From: Desulfobulbaceae bacterium
Lineage (GTDB): Bacteria > Bacteroidota > Ignavibacteria > Kapaibacteriales > UBA2268
Direction: 5' to 3'
DNA length: 64,000 nucleotides
Assembly: GCA_018335795.1 (NCBI GenBank)
Contig: JAGXRP010000021.1
Location: 86 to 64,085 of the forward strand
Position numbers and translations under genes: made by a program. How positions within the stretch are numbered: position 1 is the stretch's first letter; every line of letters starts with the position of its first letter. Shown here in pieces: positions 19,950 to 31,004 of the stretch. The notes beneath the pieces were generated by a model. It was given only the letters and a program-made list of their open reading frames with translations, made no database searches and had not been told where the DNA came from.

Positions 19950-22740
19950 GAGATTTGAAAAATTCCTTTAGTGCTTTGGCGGTATGCGAATGTTCTACTT
20001 TGCAAATTTCTTCAGGACTACCTTCTGCAACGATTAATCCTCCTTCATCGCCCGCTTCGGGACCTAAATCAATAACATAATCTGCAGATGCTATAACATG
20101 CAGATTATGTTCTATTATTATGAGTGTATTTCCGGCATCGGCGAGTTTATGAAAACATGTGTTTAATGTTGCAATATCATCCACATGCAATCCTGTTGTT
20201 GGTTCATCAAGTATGAACAGCGTTTTGCTGTCAACACTTGTGTCTAAATGGCTTGCGAGTTTGATTCGTTGGGCTTCGCCACCGGAAAGCATTGTAGAAG
20301 GTTGCCCCAATTTCAAATACCCAAGTCCGACTTCCTCCAAGATTTTTAATTTCTTCAATATTCGTGGTTTATCTTTGAAAAAGTTAATAGCAGTCTCGAC
20401 AGACATTTCAAGTACGTCCACGATATTTTTGCCTTCAAATCGGACTTCGAGTACTTCCTTTTTGAATCGAGTACCACGGCAAGATTCGCAAAGCAAGGAA
20501 ACATCTGACATGAATTGCATATCAATAGTTACAAATCCTTCACCTTCGCAAGTTTCGCAACGTCCACCGGCAACATTGAACGAAAAATGTCCTGCTTTCC
20601 ACCCCAATTGTTTCGATGCTTGGGTAGATGCATACAAATCTCGAATTATATCGAAAACTTTGACAAAAGTAGCAGGAGTTGAGCGAGAAGATTTGCCGAT
20701 TGGTGTTTGGTCAACCATTTCAACATGGTCAAAATTTTCAAATCCCAAAATTGATTCAAATTTACCCACATGGTCTTGAAAGCCTCCTCTGTGCTTTTTG
20801 ATTCCGGAATATATAATATCCTTGACTAATGTACTTTTACCCGAACCTGACACACCTGTGACGGCTGTTATGCACTCCACAGGAAATGAAACGGAATCTA
20901 TTTTTAGATTATTTTCTTTAGCTTTGGTAACAGTTACAAACTTACCGTTACTTTGCCGTCTTTTTTGGGGAATATCAAAGGCAATTTTGTTAGAAAAGTA
21001 TCTACCTGTCAGCGAAGTTTCAGAATTTAATAGTTCGGTATAATTACCGCTGAACACTACTTCCCCACCATGTTCGCCGGCTCCGGGACCCATGTCTATA
21101 ATATAATCGGCATATTTGATTACGTCGGGGTCGTGCTCTACAACGATTACTGTATTACCTAAGTTCCGAATTTTGAGCAAAATCTTAATCAATTTCATTG
21201 TATCTCGCGGGTGTAACCCAATGCTTGGCTCATCAAGTACATATAGAGTTCCTACTAATGCCGAACCCAAAGCAGTCGCAAGGCTGATTCGTTGCGATTC
21301 GCCACCTGACAAAGTGTGCGATAACCTTGCAAGATTAATATATTCCAACCCAATGTCATTGAGCAAAGTTAGCCGATGATTGATTTCATCGAGCAATCTT
21401 TCAGCGATTATGTAATCATAGTCATTCAATCTGATCGATTCGAAGTAGCTTTTCAAATCTTTTAAAGACATTGTGATTAGCTCAGGAATATTTTTGCCAT
21501 TGACATAAACCTGCCGAGCCGAAGTTCTAACTCGAGACCCGTTGCAGGCTTTGCATTTTGTATATCCTCTATATCGGCTCAAAATCACTCGGTAATGCAT
21601 CTTATAACTTTTCTCTTCGAGCATATTAAAAAAGCCGTTTATTCCTATGTAAGCGTCTTTCCCATTCCAAATTATCTCCAAATCCTCTTCGCTCAAATCT
21701 GCAATTGGTTTATCTAAGTCAATTCCGTATTTCGGAGCAATATGAATCAAATCTCGCAAATACTTAGATAAGGTTTCTCCTTTGAAAGGATGTATCGCAT
21801 TATTCATTATAGATTTTGCACGGTCAGGGAAAACTAAGTCTTCATCTATTCCTATTGTACGCCCAAATCCCTGGCATTTGGGGCATGCTCCGTGTGGATT
21901 ATTGAATGAAAAGAGTCGTGGGTCCGGTTCTTCGTACAAAATATCGCAATCAGGGCATTCATAAATGTTCGTGTATTTATAGCTATTATTCGTGCTGATG
22001 TCGTAAACGTGAATTTTCCCGTTGCCCAAAGTGAATGCTGACTCAAGCGAATCAGTCACACGGCTAACAAATTCTTCGTCATTACGCACTATTGTCCTAT
22101 CTACCAATACTGTCAAGCCTGTACTTGAATACGATGCGAATTCCTCAGTATTATCAATTTCCACGATTCCCAAATCATCAGACTTTACAAATCTAAAAAA
22201 TCCTAATTTTTTAAGTTTATCGAAATAATTTTCTGTCCCTTTAGAGGCATCTTCAGGCGGGAATGTAATATATAATTTTGTGCCTTCTGGCATTTTGGTC
22301 AATAATTTTGCCACTGATTGAGGCGTATCCTTATATATTTGATTGCCGCAACTATAGCATATAGTTTTGCCGATTCTGCCGAAAAGCAATCGGAAATAAT
22401 CATAAATTTCGGTCGAAGTGCCCACTGTAGAGCGCGGGTTTCTCGAGTGAGTATTTTGCTCGATAGCAATTGCAGGTGGTAAACCTGTAATAGTATCGCA
22501 ATCGGGCTTTTGCATTCTTTCCAAAAATTGCCGTGCGTAACTTGACAAGGATTCGACAAATCGCCTTTGACCTTCGGCATATATAGTATCGAAAGCTAGC
22601 GATGATTTGCCGGAGCCACTCACGCCTGTGATGACGGTCATTCTATTCCTCGGAATACTGACATCAACATTCTTCAGGTTGTGCAATTTTGCACCTGTCA
22701 CGTTCAAGAATCTCAATTTAGGATTTGGTTTGGCTTTCAT
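19933..22740 (-). CDS. uvrA: Excinuclease ABC subunit A (possibly the second paralog)
   Basis: [22 protein letters not shown], two ABC modules ([21 protein letters not shown]), zinc-finger CxxC pairs. Confidence 0.96.
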   Translation of the reverse strand: MKAKPNPKLRFLNVTGAKLHNLKNVDVSIPRNRMTVITGVSGSGKSSLAFDTIYAEGQRRFVESLSSYARQFLERMQKPDCDTITGLPPAIAIEQNTHSRNPRSTVGTSTEIYDYFRLLFGRIGKTICYSCGNQIYKDTPQSVAKLLTKMPEGTKLYITFPPEDASKGTENYFDKLKKLGFFRFVKSDDLGIVEIDNTEEFASYSSTGLTVLVDRTIVRNDEEFVSRVTDSLESAFTLGNGKIHVYDISTNNSYKYTNIYECPDCDILYEEPDPRLFSFNNPHGACPKCQGFGRTIGIDEDLVFPDRAKSIMNNAIHPFKGETLSKYLRDLIHIAPKYGIDLDKPIADLSEEDLEIIWNGKDAYIGINGFFNMLEEKSYKMHYRVILSRYRGYTKCKACNGSRVRTSARQVYVNGKNIPELITMSLKDLKSYFESIRLNDYDYIIAERLLDEINHRLTLLNDIGLEYINLARLSHTLSGGESQRISLATALGSALVGTLYVLDEPSIGLHPRDTMKLIKILLKIRNLGNTVIVVEHDPDVIKYADYIIDMGPGAGEHGGEVVFSGNYTELLNSETSLTGRYFSNKIAFDIPQKRRQSNGKFVTVTKAKENNLKIDSVSFPVECITAVTGVSGSGKSTLVKDIIYSGIKKHRGGFQDHVGKFESILGFENFDHVEMVDQTPIGKSSRSTPATFVKVFDIIRDLYASTQASKQLGWKAGHFSFNVAGGRCETCEGEGFVTIDMQFMSDVSLLCESCRGTRFKKEVLEVRFEGKNIVDVLEMSVETAINFFKDKPRILKKLKILEEVGLGYLKLGQPSTMLSGGEAQRIKLASHLDTSVDSKTLFILDEPTTGLHVDDIATLNTCFHKLADAGNTLIIIEHNLHVIASADYVIDLGPEAGDEGGLIVAEGSPEEICKVEHSHTAKALKEFFKSLKVRQ

Positions 22741-22918
22741 AATATTTTAAGCAGTATGCACAAATAAAACTTGTAATATAAAACATGAAAATGAAATGTA
22801 GGGTTAATTGTTGAAAATATATTTAAAAATAGCACTTAACACAAAAAAAATCATTGTTATTCGAATTGTTTTTGTTAATTTTATCTTTTGTGTTATATAT
22901 AAACTTAAATATAAAATA

Positions 22919-24124
22919 ATGAACTCTTTTGTTTTCTACATATTGAATGATTTGCTCTCTGAATCGGCGGCAATGGAGAAAATGATAATCGCCTATTTTC
23001 CAAATGCTATCGTAAAACGCTTCTCTGATGCGAAGTCATTTCTGTATGATATTGAAAATGAGGTTATGTCGCCTATTTCCTTAGTCGAATTTCAACTCAG
23101 TGGTATTGGTGGAGTCAGTCTAATGAAAAAAATTAAGAGTATGGACAAGTTCCGTAATTCGATTTTCATTATGATTCTCGACAGCTACGATAAGGAAAAC
23201 TATATCAAGGCAATACAAACCGGCGCTGATGATGTATTAATCAAGCCATTAGTCCCCGAGCAGCTTTTTATAAAATTGAAAAATTCTATTCGCTTGAATC
23301 AACAATATGAAACCAATGCAGCATTAAACCAGCAATTAAAATTGGCGCAAGAGCAGCACGATATTGAAGTCGGCAATACATACAAAATGCTTCGGAAAAT
23401 CTTGAGCATGAGATTGCCAAATAAAGACAGTGAACTTAATAGAATCCATGACGCATGCAAATATATCGCTATGCAAATTATTGATGAAAATAAAGAAATT
23501 GAAGACCTTTTGCTTGCTACACAGTTTTGTTATCTCGGGAAATTACCATTCAATGATAAAATCATACTTAACCCAGTAATGATAGAAGGTACTGTCCAAA
23601 ATGAAGCAATGCTCGAATATCCCAACAATGTTCAAGCTGTCATGCAGCTTATGCCTAATTCAACTGAAATAAAAACATTACTTTTCCACATTTACGAAAA
23701 TTTTGATGGAACGGGAATCCCCAAAAAGCTAAAATCTTGGGAAATTCCTTTGGGGTCAAGAGTCTTGAGAGTTGCCATAGATTTTGAATATCTCAATACT
23801 AAGAATTCCGGTAGAGAGTCAAAAGTCATTGACATTATGTTTGAGCAAATCAACCGATTGTATGATTTTAGAGTCTTAGCTTTCTATGACCAATATCTGG
23901 CATATAAAAATTCACGTCCGGGGCTAAGTGGCAGAGCATTAGAAGAATCAATCGCTCCAAGCGGATTGCGTGAAGATATGATTTTGTCCCGAAACATTAT
24001 TACAAGTTCGGGCCTGAAATTGTTAGCTTCGGGCACAAGGTTGACTGATGCCAATATTGAGAGAATAAAATCAATATTGTCAACCGACAGCATAATTGGT
24101 AAAATTTGGATAAAGGTTTTCTAA
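22919..24124 (+). CDS. Receiver + HD-GYP-like protein (both domains degenerate)
   Basis: REC features (GADDVLIKP) and HD-GYP-like ENFDGTGIPKKLKSWEIPLGSRVL. Probable start ATG at 22919. Confidence 0.8.
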   Translation: MNSFVFYILNDLLSESAAMEKMIIAYFPNAIVKRFSDAKSFLYDIENEVMSPISLVEFQLSGIGGVSLMKKIKSMDKFRNSIFIMILDSYDKENYIKAIQTGADDVLIKPLVPEQLFIKLKNSIRLNQQYETNAALNQQLKLAQEQHDIEVGNTYKMLRKILSMRLPNKDSELNRIHDACKYIAMQIIDENKEIEDLLLATQFCYLGKLPFNDKIILNPVMIEGTVQNEAMLEYPNNVQAVMQLMPNSTEIKTLLFHIYENFDGTGIPKKLKSWEIPLGSRVLRVAIDFEYLNTKNSGRESKVIDIMFEQINRLYDFRVLAFYDQYLAYKNSRPGLSGRALEESIAPSGLREDMILSRNIITSSGLKLLASGTRLTDANIERIKSILSTDSIIGKIWIKVF

Positions 24125-26268
24125 ACAATATGGATAATGACGTAAACTCGGATAATAATCTCGATGTCATTAGTGCTTTATTTAAGCAAATACAAAATTT
24201 GAGCGAAGCCGATAAAATCGGCATTGAAAATGTAATTGCTGAATTGAAGGACCATTTAGAAAACGCCGAAACACATGCAGCCAATCTTCGGCTTACACAA
24301 GAAGCACTCAACCAAAGTGAATTAAGCCTTAATAGTATAATTGAAAAAACTCCTGTAGGCATTTGTATTACAGACAAAAACGGCATATTTGAATATGCGA
24401 ACGAATCATATCAAAAAATATACAAATACTCGAGCGATGAACTAATCGGGAAGCATTTTACAATTGTAGTTCCACCTGAAAATCGTGAAAATCTTAGCCA
24501 ATTGCATGATAAATTCATTTTGGGTAGAGATGGTACAGAAGCTCGTGGCGAATGGACAGTGATTAACAAGTACGGCGATGAAATCAACATTATTGCAGAT
24601 GCTGCAAAAATCATAGGCTCTGACAACAGCCCCAAGAAAGTTACGTTCGTTATTGATATTACAGAAAGAATGAGAGCGGAAAAACTCCAAACAGGTATCA
24701 ACAAAGTCCTCGAAAGTGTAGTAGTGGGCAATGAACTCGAAGATATACTCCAAATGCTCGCTGATACTATCGAATCACAAGATAAAAACATTGAATGTGG
24801 AATAGTTATCACCGATATTGATGCTAGGAACATTTCTCTTGTTGTATCAAAAGTCGTTTATGATATTCGTTCCGTATTAATTGAACTCGAAACCAAAAAA
24901 TTTGGAATGGATTCTGAACAACTATTGCAACAAAATCCCATATTGACTACTTTTGATTCCGAAATATTTATCAATCCACTGATGGAAAGACTTGGCATAA
25001 GATATAAATCAATATTGGCAATTCCCATCATAATTTCTAATTCGAGATACTGTGGAAGTATTTATCTTCTCAACAAAGTTATACGCAAACCCGATGCAAT
25101 TACGAAGCGAATGATTGAATCAGTATCACACGTAGCCGGTATAGCATTAAATTTGAAGGAAACAAACAGCAAATTAATCAATGCCAAAGTCGAATCTGAA
25201 TTTGCTAATAGAGCCAAAAGTGAATTTTTGGCAAATATCAGTCACGAAATTCGTACTCCAATGAATTCGATACTTGGGTTTGCCGAATTACTCAAAGATA
25301 TAAGTCCTCAACACCCAAAATATCAAGATTATCTCGAAGGAATTTTAGTTGGAGGCAATAATTTACTTCAGCTAATCAACGATATTTTGGACATGTCGAA
25401 AATTGAAGCCGGAAGATTAGAAGTTCATCCTGAAATTGTTGAGATTCGGAAAATTTTTCGCGAAATCGAGTACATTTTTTCATTGATAATAAAAGAAAAG
25501 GGATTGGATTTTATCGTGCAGCTTTCTGATAATGTTCCGCAATTCATTTATATTGACGAAATTCGATTGCGTCAAGTGCTATTCAATTTGGTAGGCAATG
25601 CGGTCAAATTTACCGAAACAGGCACTATTAAAATTGAAATTGATAGCATACTTGAAGATGGAAATCATTGCGATTTGAAAATCTGCGTAGAAGACACAGG
25701 AATTGGAATCCCCGATTCACAACGCGGAATTATATTCGAGCCATTCAGACAACGCGAAGGTCAAAATGCCCGTAAATACGGCGGGACTGGATTGGGACTT
25801 ACAATCACCAAGAGATTGCTCGAAATGATGAACGGCAAAATCGAATTAGAAAGCGAAGAAGGAATCGGCTCTAAGTTTTCGGTGATAATTCACAATCTAT
25901 TTATTGGCATCGAGATGGACCCGCATGAAAATGCCGAAAAGGAGATACTTGATGAAAATCAAAGCATCACATCCGGTGAAATCAGCCAAATAATTGAAAA
26001 ATCACATATAATTTTGCCTAAAGAATACGAGACAACGCTCAAGAGCGAGGTATATCAGTTATGGATGTCGGCGCATAATACCTTCATTTTCGACAAAATA
26101 AATGCCTTTGCCGATAAACTGATTCAAGTTGCAAGTGATACGGGAAATCCGATTTTAATAAACTACAGCGAATTACTTTTGGAAGATGTCCGGAAACTTA
26201 ATATTGACAATATTATCAAAATACTGCCTTTGTATTTTACAATTATACAAAAAGCAAAATACGAATAG
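24106..26268 (+). CDS. PAS/GAF sensor histidine kinase
   Basis: PAS (PVGICITD...YAN), H-box ANISHEIRTPMN, N-box NLVGNAVKFT, G1 DTGIGI, G2 GGTGLGL. Start is TTG 24106 or ATG 24130. Confidence 0.93.
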   Translation: MDKGFLNNMDNDVNSDNNLDVISALFKQIQNLSEADKIGIENVIAELKDHLENAETHAANLRLTQEALNQSELSLNSIIEKTPVGICITDKNGIFEYANESYQKIYKYSSDELIGKHFTIVVPPENRENLSQLHDKFILGRDGTEARGEWTVINKYGDEINIIADAAKIIGSDNSPKKVTFVIDITERMRAEKLQTGINKVLESVVVGNELEDILQMLADTIESQDKNIECGIVITDIDARNISLVVSKVVYDIRSVLIELETKKFGMDSEQLLQQNPILTTFDSEIFINPLMERLGIRYKSILAIPIIISNSRYCGSIYLLNKVIRKPDAITKRMIESVSHVAGIALNLKETNSKLINAKVESEFANRAKSEFLANISHEIRTPMNSILGFAELLKDISPQHPKYQDYLEGILVGGNNLLQLINDILDMSKIEAGRLEVHPEIVEIRKIFREIEYIFSLIIKEKGLDFIVQLSDNVPQFIYIDEIRLRQVLFNLVGNAVKFTETGTIKIEIDSILEDGNHCDLKICVEDTGIGIPDSQRGIIFEPFRQREGQNARKYGGTGLGLTITKRLLEMMNGKIELESEEGIGSKFSVIIHNLFIGIEMDPHENAEKEILDENQSITSGEISQIIEKSHIILPKEYETTLKSEVYQLWMSAHNTFIFDKINAFADKLIQVASDTGNPILINYSELLLEDVRKLNIDNIIKILPLYFTIIQKAKYE

Positions 26269-26274
26269 TTTTAG

Positions 26275-27024
26275 CTACATTACATCCCATGGCAAAACAG
26301 TAGTTTCAACTACTCTGCCATCTTTGAATTTGAGAATCAACCCAACAAGCCCGAATTTGTGATTGCCAACGTAAATGATTTTTTCGAGTAGAGGGTCATC
26401 GGTAGTAACTTCTTCCACCTTAATAGTTTTGACTCGCCAGAATGATAAGTCCCAATCTTCATCAGGGTTCTTTTCAATTACAGTTCTGACGATTTTCTTG
26501 CCTTCGGAATTAGTAAATTCGTACTTATCGCCAACATTTGAAGAGTATTTTACTATTGTAAAAGGCTTCGACATATCGCCTTTGGCATGGAAATAATCTT
26601 GAATACCTTCCGAAGTAACTTTTGCTTTGAATTCAATATCTAGTCGCAAATTTTGATGGTCGCTCGTGTCAATGGTAGCACCATATTTTGCTAAATAAAT
26701 GTCCACAACTTGATGCTTAATTTCATCTGACAAATCTTGTGTTCCAAGCAAAGTGTCAATTGCTTTCAAATCATCCACATTCGAGAAAAAAGTCCCTTTG
26801 AACGTTACAATTCCGTTATCGTTTTTTGTAATGTAAACCGAATCGCGAATATTTTGTAACGCCGACGAAAAGACATCCTTGATTTTTATTGAAACGCCAA
26901 ATTCACTCCCGACTTTAGTGAGTTCGATATCGGTATTGCCACCAATATCGTTAGGTCCAGTTGCTGAATCGCAGGCAAACATAGCAAATACGACCATGCA
27001 TGCAAAGAGAGTTCTAATTTTCAT
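26275..27024 (-). CDS. Hypothetical lipoprotein
   Basis: Lipobox AMFA-C. Confidence 0.7.
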   Translation of the reverse strand: MKIRTLFACMVVFAMFACDSATGPNDIGGNTDIELTKVGSEFGVSIKIKDVFSSALQNIRDSVYITKNDNGIVTFKGTFFSNVDDLKAIDTLLGTQDLSDEIKHQVVDIYLAKYGATIDTSDHQNLRLDIEFKAKVTSEGIQDYFHAKGDMSKPFTIVKYSSNVGDKYEFTNSEGKKIVRTVIEKNPDEDWDLSFWRVKTIKVEEVTTDDPLLEKIIYVGNHKFGLVGLILKFKDGRVVETTVLPWDVM

Positions 27025-27292
27025 TTGAAAATCTCCAAATTAGTTAAACACAATCCAAAAGTACTGCAAATATTTATAGAATGCAAGAACTTTTTGTAAA
27101 AATAATTTGCAACTAAAATTTAGCAATGAAATCTAAGTATTAATCGGTATTTTTCTTTGCTTCAAATTGAAATATCATGAAAAATATTAAATTCTGATGC
27201 TTAATTTGATTTTTTGCTATATTTTTGAGAAATAAAATTAATAGGCTTATAAATAAAAATCTGAACTATATATAATAATTAGGAGTATTAAA

Positions 27293-28930
27293 ATGAAGAC
27301 TATTCTTGTGGCTATTTTCGTATTGTTCATGTTCGTTGCCAATCTCCATTCCACAGTATTAAAAGGTAAAATTACAGGTCATGACGGCAAGGCAATCGCG
27401 ATGTCCCACGTTTTTCGTTCGTGGAACTTTCGACAATTAGACATAGTGCAGGCAGACAAAAATGGAATGTTTGAAATTCCGCTTAAAGAGCAAGGCGAGG
27501 TTGAATATACTTTTTGCGGATTGAATCATTTGCCACATATTGTGAGGTTTGAAGTGCTTGATTCCACAAAGCCTATCGAAATCAATGTGCAATTGCAGCA
27601 TTATGTTTACGAGAAAGATGTCAAAGAGCTAAGCATCATCGGCGGATTTAATGACTATGACTTTGGAAATGCAGAAGCAATGACAAATATCGGCGATGGT
27701 AAATTCACTTACAAACTGAACAATTTTACTTCGGATACGCTCAAATATCAAGTTCTGGGAATGGTGAACAGACCTGAACAACGCAGTATAAACGGTACTC
27801 AAGCAGATTTTTACATACTTGACGGAGGAGGAGATTATTATTCCGTGCTTGTTTCGCCAAGCAGAAATTTTGAAATTACTTATGAGACATCGAAACTAAG
27901 TCACATAGAAAGCAAAGCAAAAGTCACATTTATTGACGAAATTTATAACAAGAAATATGCTTTGACATCAAAGCTTAATGAACTTGAACAATCTTCTCGT
28001 ATGCACTTTTCCAAAGCTTTGCAAACCCAATCTACCGATATAGTGCCCGAGCCATTTCTTGCTTTATCGACGCAATATTTAGATTTAATCGCCACCCAAG
28101 ACAAGATTGAGTCCAAAGATAAAGCAATCATGGCATATATGAGTTATTTGACTATCCTGAGCTATTTCGATGAACGCCCAAAAGTATCACTCGCACCGGC
28201 ACTTGATTTGATTAAAAGAACACCTCCCGAATCTGAGAAAGTTAAAGAATTCGGATACGATTTAGTCGGAATTGCAAAACATCAAGATATGGCTCCTCAC
28301 GAGTATAAGTATATTATGGATGTAATCGAAAAGAATCCTGATAAAGCATTTGCTGCGGAATTGTTGAGCACTGTGATTGGTTATACGATCCACAGAGACG
28401 AAGAAGCCGGCATTAAGCTATACAATCGAATTATCGCGGAGTTCCCTGATGAAGAAGCTACAAGTCGGGCACGTCTATCATATGACCCTAATCGTGCAAT
28501 TCAAGTTGGCAGGAAAGTCCCAAATTTCGAATTCAAATCCTTAGACAATCCCGACCAAATCATAAGCCCCGAAACACTGAAAGGCAAGTACGTTCTGATA
28601 GATTTGTGGGCTACTTGGTGCGGACCATGTATAATGGAAATGAAAAATTTGCACGAGACATACCAAGCCTACAAAGACAAGGGATTTGAAATATTGAGCA
28701 TATCGGTTGACCCAACTGCGTCGCCAGTAGTCGGATTCAGGAAGGGAAAATGGAAAATGCCATGGTTGAATGTATGGTCAGAGGGGCAATTCCAAAGCGA
28801 AGCTGCAAAAATGTTTGAAGTGATCGGAATACCCCGATTCGTGCTAATCAACCCCGATAGCGAAATCATAGCCGTTGACACCATCCGCGGAGAAGGGCTA
28901 AGAGCCAAATTAGCCGAACTATTGAATTAA
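27293..28930 (+). CDS. TlpA/ResA-like thiol-disulfide oxidoreductase with a long N-terminal region
   Basis: C-terminal KGKYVLIDLWATWCGPC...GFEILSIS...GIPRFVLINP, signal peptide, AGGAG RBS. Confidence 0.88.
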   Translation: MKTILVAIFVLFMFVANLHSTVLKGKITGHDGKAIAMSHVFRSWNFRQLDIVQADKNGMFEIPLKEQGEVEYTFCGLNHLPHIVRFEVLDSTKPIEINVQLQHYVYEKDVKELSIIGGFNDYDFGNAEAMTNIGDGKFTYKLNNFTSDTLKYQVLGMVNRPEQRSINGTQADFYILDGGGDYYSVLVSPSRNFEITYETSKLSHIESKAKVTFIDEIYNKKYALTSKLNELEQSSRMHFSKALQTQSTDIVPEPFLALSTQYLDLIATQDKIESKDKAIMAYMSYLTILSYFDERPKVSLAPALDLIKRTPPESEKVKEFGYDLVGIAKHQDMAPHEYKYIMDVIEKNPDKAFAAELLSTVIGYTIHRDEEAGIKLYNRIIAEFPDEEATSRARLSYDPNRAIQVGRKVPNFEFKSLDNPDQIISPETLKGKYVLIDLWATWCGPCIMEMKNLHETYQAYKDKGFEILSISVDPTASPVVGFRKGKWKMPWLNVWSEGQFQSEAAKMFEVIGIPRFVLINPDSEIIAVDTIRGEGLRAKLAELLN

Positions 28931-28991
28931 TTTATTAAAGAGATAGCTGATAATTCAAGTCCAAATCGACAAGAACATAGGTAGAAAAAAC

Positions 28992-29024
28992 AAGCCCTTG
29001 TAACATATTTTATTACAAGGGCTT
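28992..29024. terminator. Terminator hairpin between convergent tlpA-like gene and tRNA-Ser
   Basis: AAGCCCTTGTAA-9 nt-TTACAAGGGCTT perfect 12-bp stem. The A-run on the left gives a U-tract for the minus strand. Confidence 0.8.
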
Positions 29025-29038
29025 ATGATTTCACTCAG

Positions 29039-29128
29039 CGGAGAGGGAGGGATTCGAACCCTCGGTAGCGGTTGTACCACTACGTCGGTTTAGCAAACCG
29101 GTGCATTCAGCCTCTCTGCCACCTCTCC
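29039..29128 (-). tRNA. tRNA-Ser(GCT)
   Basis: GGAGAGGTGGCAGAGAGGCTGAATGCACCGGT-TTGCTAA-ACCG, long variable arm, GGTTCGAATCCCTCCCTCTCCG. Confidence 0.97.
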
Positions 29129-29202
29129 GTTTCTATAGAAACATTGGCTTAAATGCAGTTAGCAAAAGTATAACATATTCTTGTTATTTCCAAATGATAT
29201 TT

Positions 29203-29973
29203 TTATACGCCCGTTCTATTTACAATCTGTGCACTTGCTTGCGAGATTGCTGTTACCATAATATCCTGAATGTTGACGTGTGGCGGTCTGCTAGCAGCAA
29301 AGAGTGCAATTTGGGCAACATCATCTCCGCTTAAAGGTTTGAAGCTTTTGTAAACTTGCTCTGCTTTGGGTGCATCGCCGCGAAATCGTACAAGCGAAAA
29401 TTCGGTTTCTACCATACCCGGGTCAATGTTGCAAGTGCGTACATTTGTGCCGTTTAAATCTATTACCATTGACTGAGAGATAGCTCTGACAGCGTGTTTT
29501 GTGGCGCAATAAACATTCCCTTTGGGATACACTTCCCTGCCGGCTATCGAACCAATATTGACTACCATCCCGCTGTCGCGTGCTACCATTCCGGGCAAAA
29601 TCAATTTCGACACATACAGCAAACCCTTTAGATTGGTGTCAATCATTTCTTCCCAATCATCCAGACTGCCATCTTGGATTTTGTCCAATCCCCGGGCTAA
29701 TCCGGCGTTATTGATTAAAATGTCAACGTTCTGCCATTTTTCGGGCAAATTCCCCAAACGGTCGGCAACTTCGTCGTATTTTCTGACATCAAGCTGGATG
29801 GCAATACATTCGACTCCGTATTTTTCTCTCAAATTGCTAGCTAATTTTTCTGCCAATTCTATTCTACGGGCAATTAAAATAAGATTGGAACCCGCTTCGG
29901 CGAATGCTTCGGCACATGATTTACCTATTCCTGCTGATGCACCTGTGATTAATGTGATTTTGTTTTTTAACAT
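29203..29973 (-). CDS. SDR-family NAD(P)-dependent oxidoreductase (YdfG-like)
   Basis: ITGASAGIG, NNAG, YPKGNVYCATK (YxxxK), DPGMVETEFS. Confidence 0.92.
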   Translation of the reverse strand: MLKNKITLITGASAGIGKSCAEAFAEAGSNLILIARRIELAEKLASNLREKYGVECIAIQLDVRKYDEVADRLGNLPEKWQNVDILINNAGLARGLDKIQDGSLDDWEEMIDTNLKGLLYVSKLILPGMVARDSGMVVNIGSIAGREVYPKGNVYCATKHAVRAISQSMVIDLNGTNVRTCNIDPGMVETEFSLVRFRGDAPKAEQVYKSFKPLSGDDVAQIALFAASRPPHVNIQDIMVTAISQASAQIVNRTGV

Positions 29974-29986
29974 ATAGAATTTCTCT

Positions 29987-30862
29987 TTATAGTTGTTTGA
30001 TTTTATATTTATTTTTGCTTTCCAAAAGCTGTACTATTCCGCGTTCACCTAATAAATGCAGCGAGCCGACCACTATAAAATGTTTATCACCGGAGGCTAT
30101 ATACTCTTCAATTTTTTTGGTCATGCTGATATTTCTTGAAAAATTCAAATCTTCCATCACTTGCTCGAAACCTTCATATTGATTCCCTTCTTGCGAAATT
30201 TCATATATTCTGTCCGAATCGCCTTGCTTCCAAGCATCAATTAGCTCTTTGACATATTTTTTGGTATCATCAAGTTCGGTTAATGTATAATCCAAATATT
30301 CGCCTGTGTAAGCGTTCAATCTATTCATCATAGACATCTGAAATTCTAATGATTCGAGTTCTTTTACCATTTTACCGGACGATTTTGCTCTTTCGAGGAA
30401 GTGCAAATCAATGCCTTCGTGTTGTGAAAATCCATTACTTAGCATTTCCAATGATTGCAAAGTCATAACAGCAGCCCATGGTTTGAAAGTGCTGAAAGCC
30501 ATCTCAGGCACATTGTGTTTGTCCATATATTCTTTGATTTGCGCATATTGCTCGGTTGTAATCATATCTTTAAGCAAAGTATCGCCTTCATAGGACATAT
30601 ACTTATAAATATCAAGTGCGTTATGAGCGCTTGGGTCTAACTCCAGAACGAGATATTCACATTCCTCGAAAGATTCGATTATTACAGTATCCAAGGGGTA
30701 CAAGCTTTCATCGGCGATGTGAATTGAGCCAAGCAGGTAAACAACATTGCCGCCGGATTCGACCTTCCAAAGCAAATTCTTCTTTTGCGAGCCCGAATCA
30801 ACCGATGAACACGCTATAAAAGCTATAATCAGAGGCAAAAAGGCATATTTTGTAAATTTCAT
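29987..30862 (-). CDS. TraB/GumN family lipoprotein
   Basis: Lipobox FIA-C, LLWKV...YLLGSIHI, LESLEFQ, RN..M...FIVVGSLHL. Confidence 0.88.
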   Translation of the reverse strand: MKFTKYAFLPLIIAFIACSSVDSGSQKKNLLWKVESGGNVVYLLGSIHIADESLYPLDTVIIESFEECEYLVLELDPSAHNALDIYKYMSYEGDTLLKDMITTEQYAQIKEYMDKHNVPEMAFSTFKPWAAVMTLQSLEMLSNGFSQHEGIDLHFLERAKSSGKMVKELESLEFQMSMMNRLNAYTGEYLDYTLTELDDTKKYVKELIDAWKQGDSDRIYEISQEGNQYEGFEQVMEDLNFSRNISMTKKIEEYIASGDKHFIVVGSLHLLGERGIVQLLESKNKYKIKQL

Positions 30863-31004
30863 ACTAACTTTAATAAATTATAAACTACATGCAACTTTTT
30901 ACGGAATTGTACCACTTATATTATTTAGAAAGAGAAATTATGGTAAATAAGTCCGATTTGAACATGTTTTACAAATTTAGATAAAATAAACCGATAAAGG
31001 TCTA

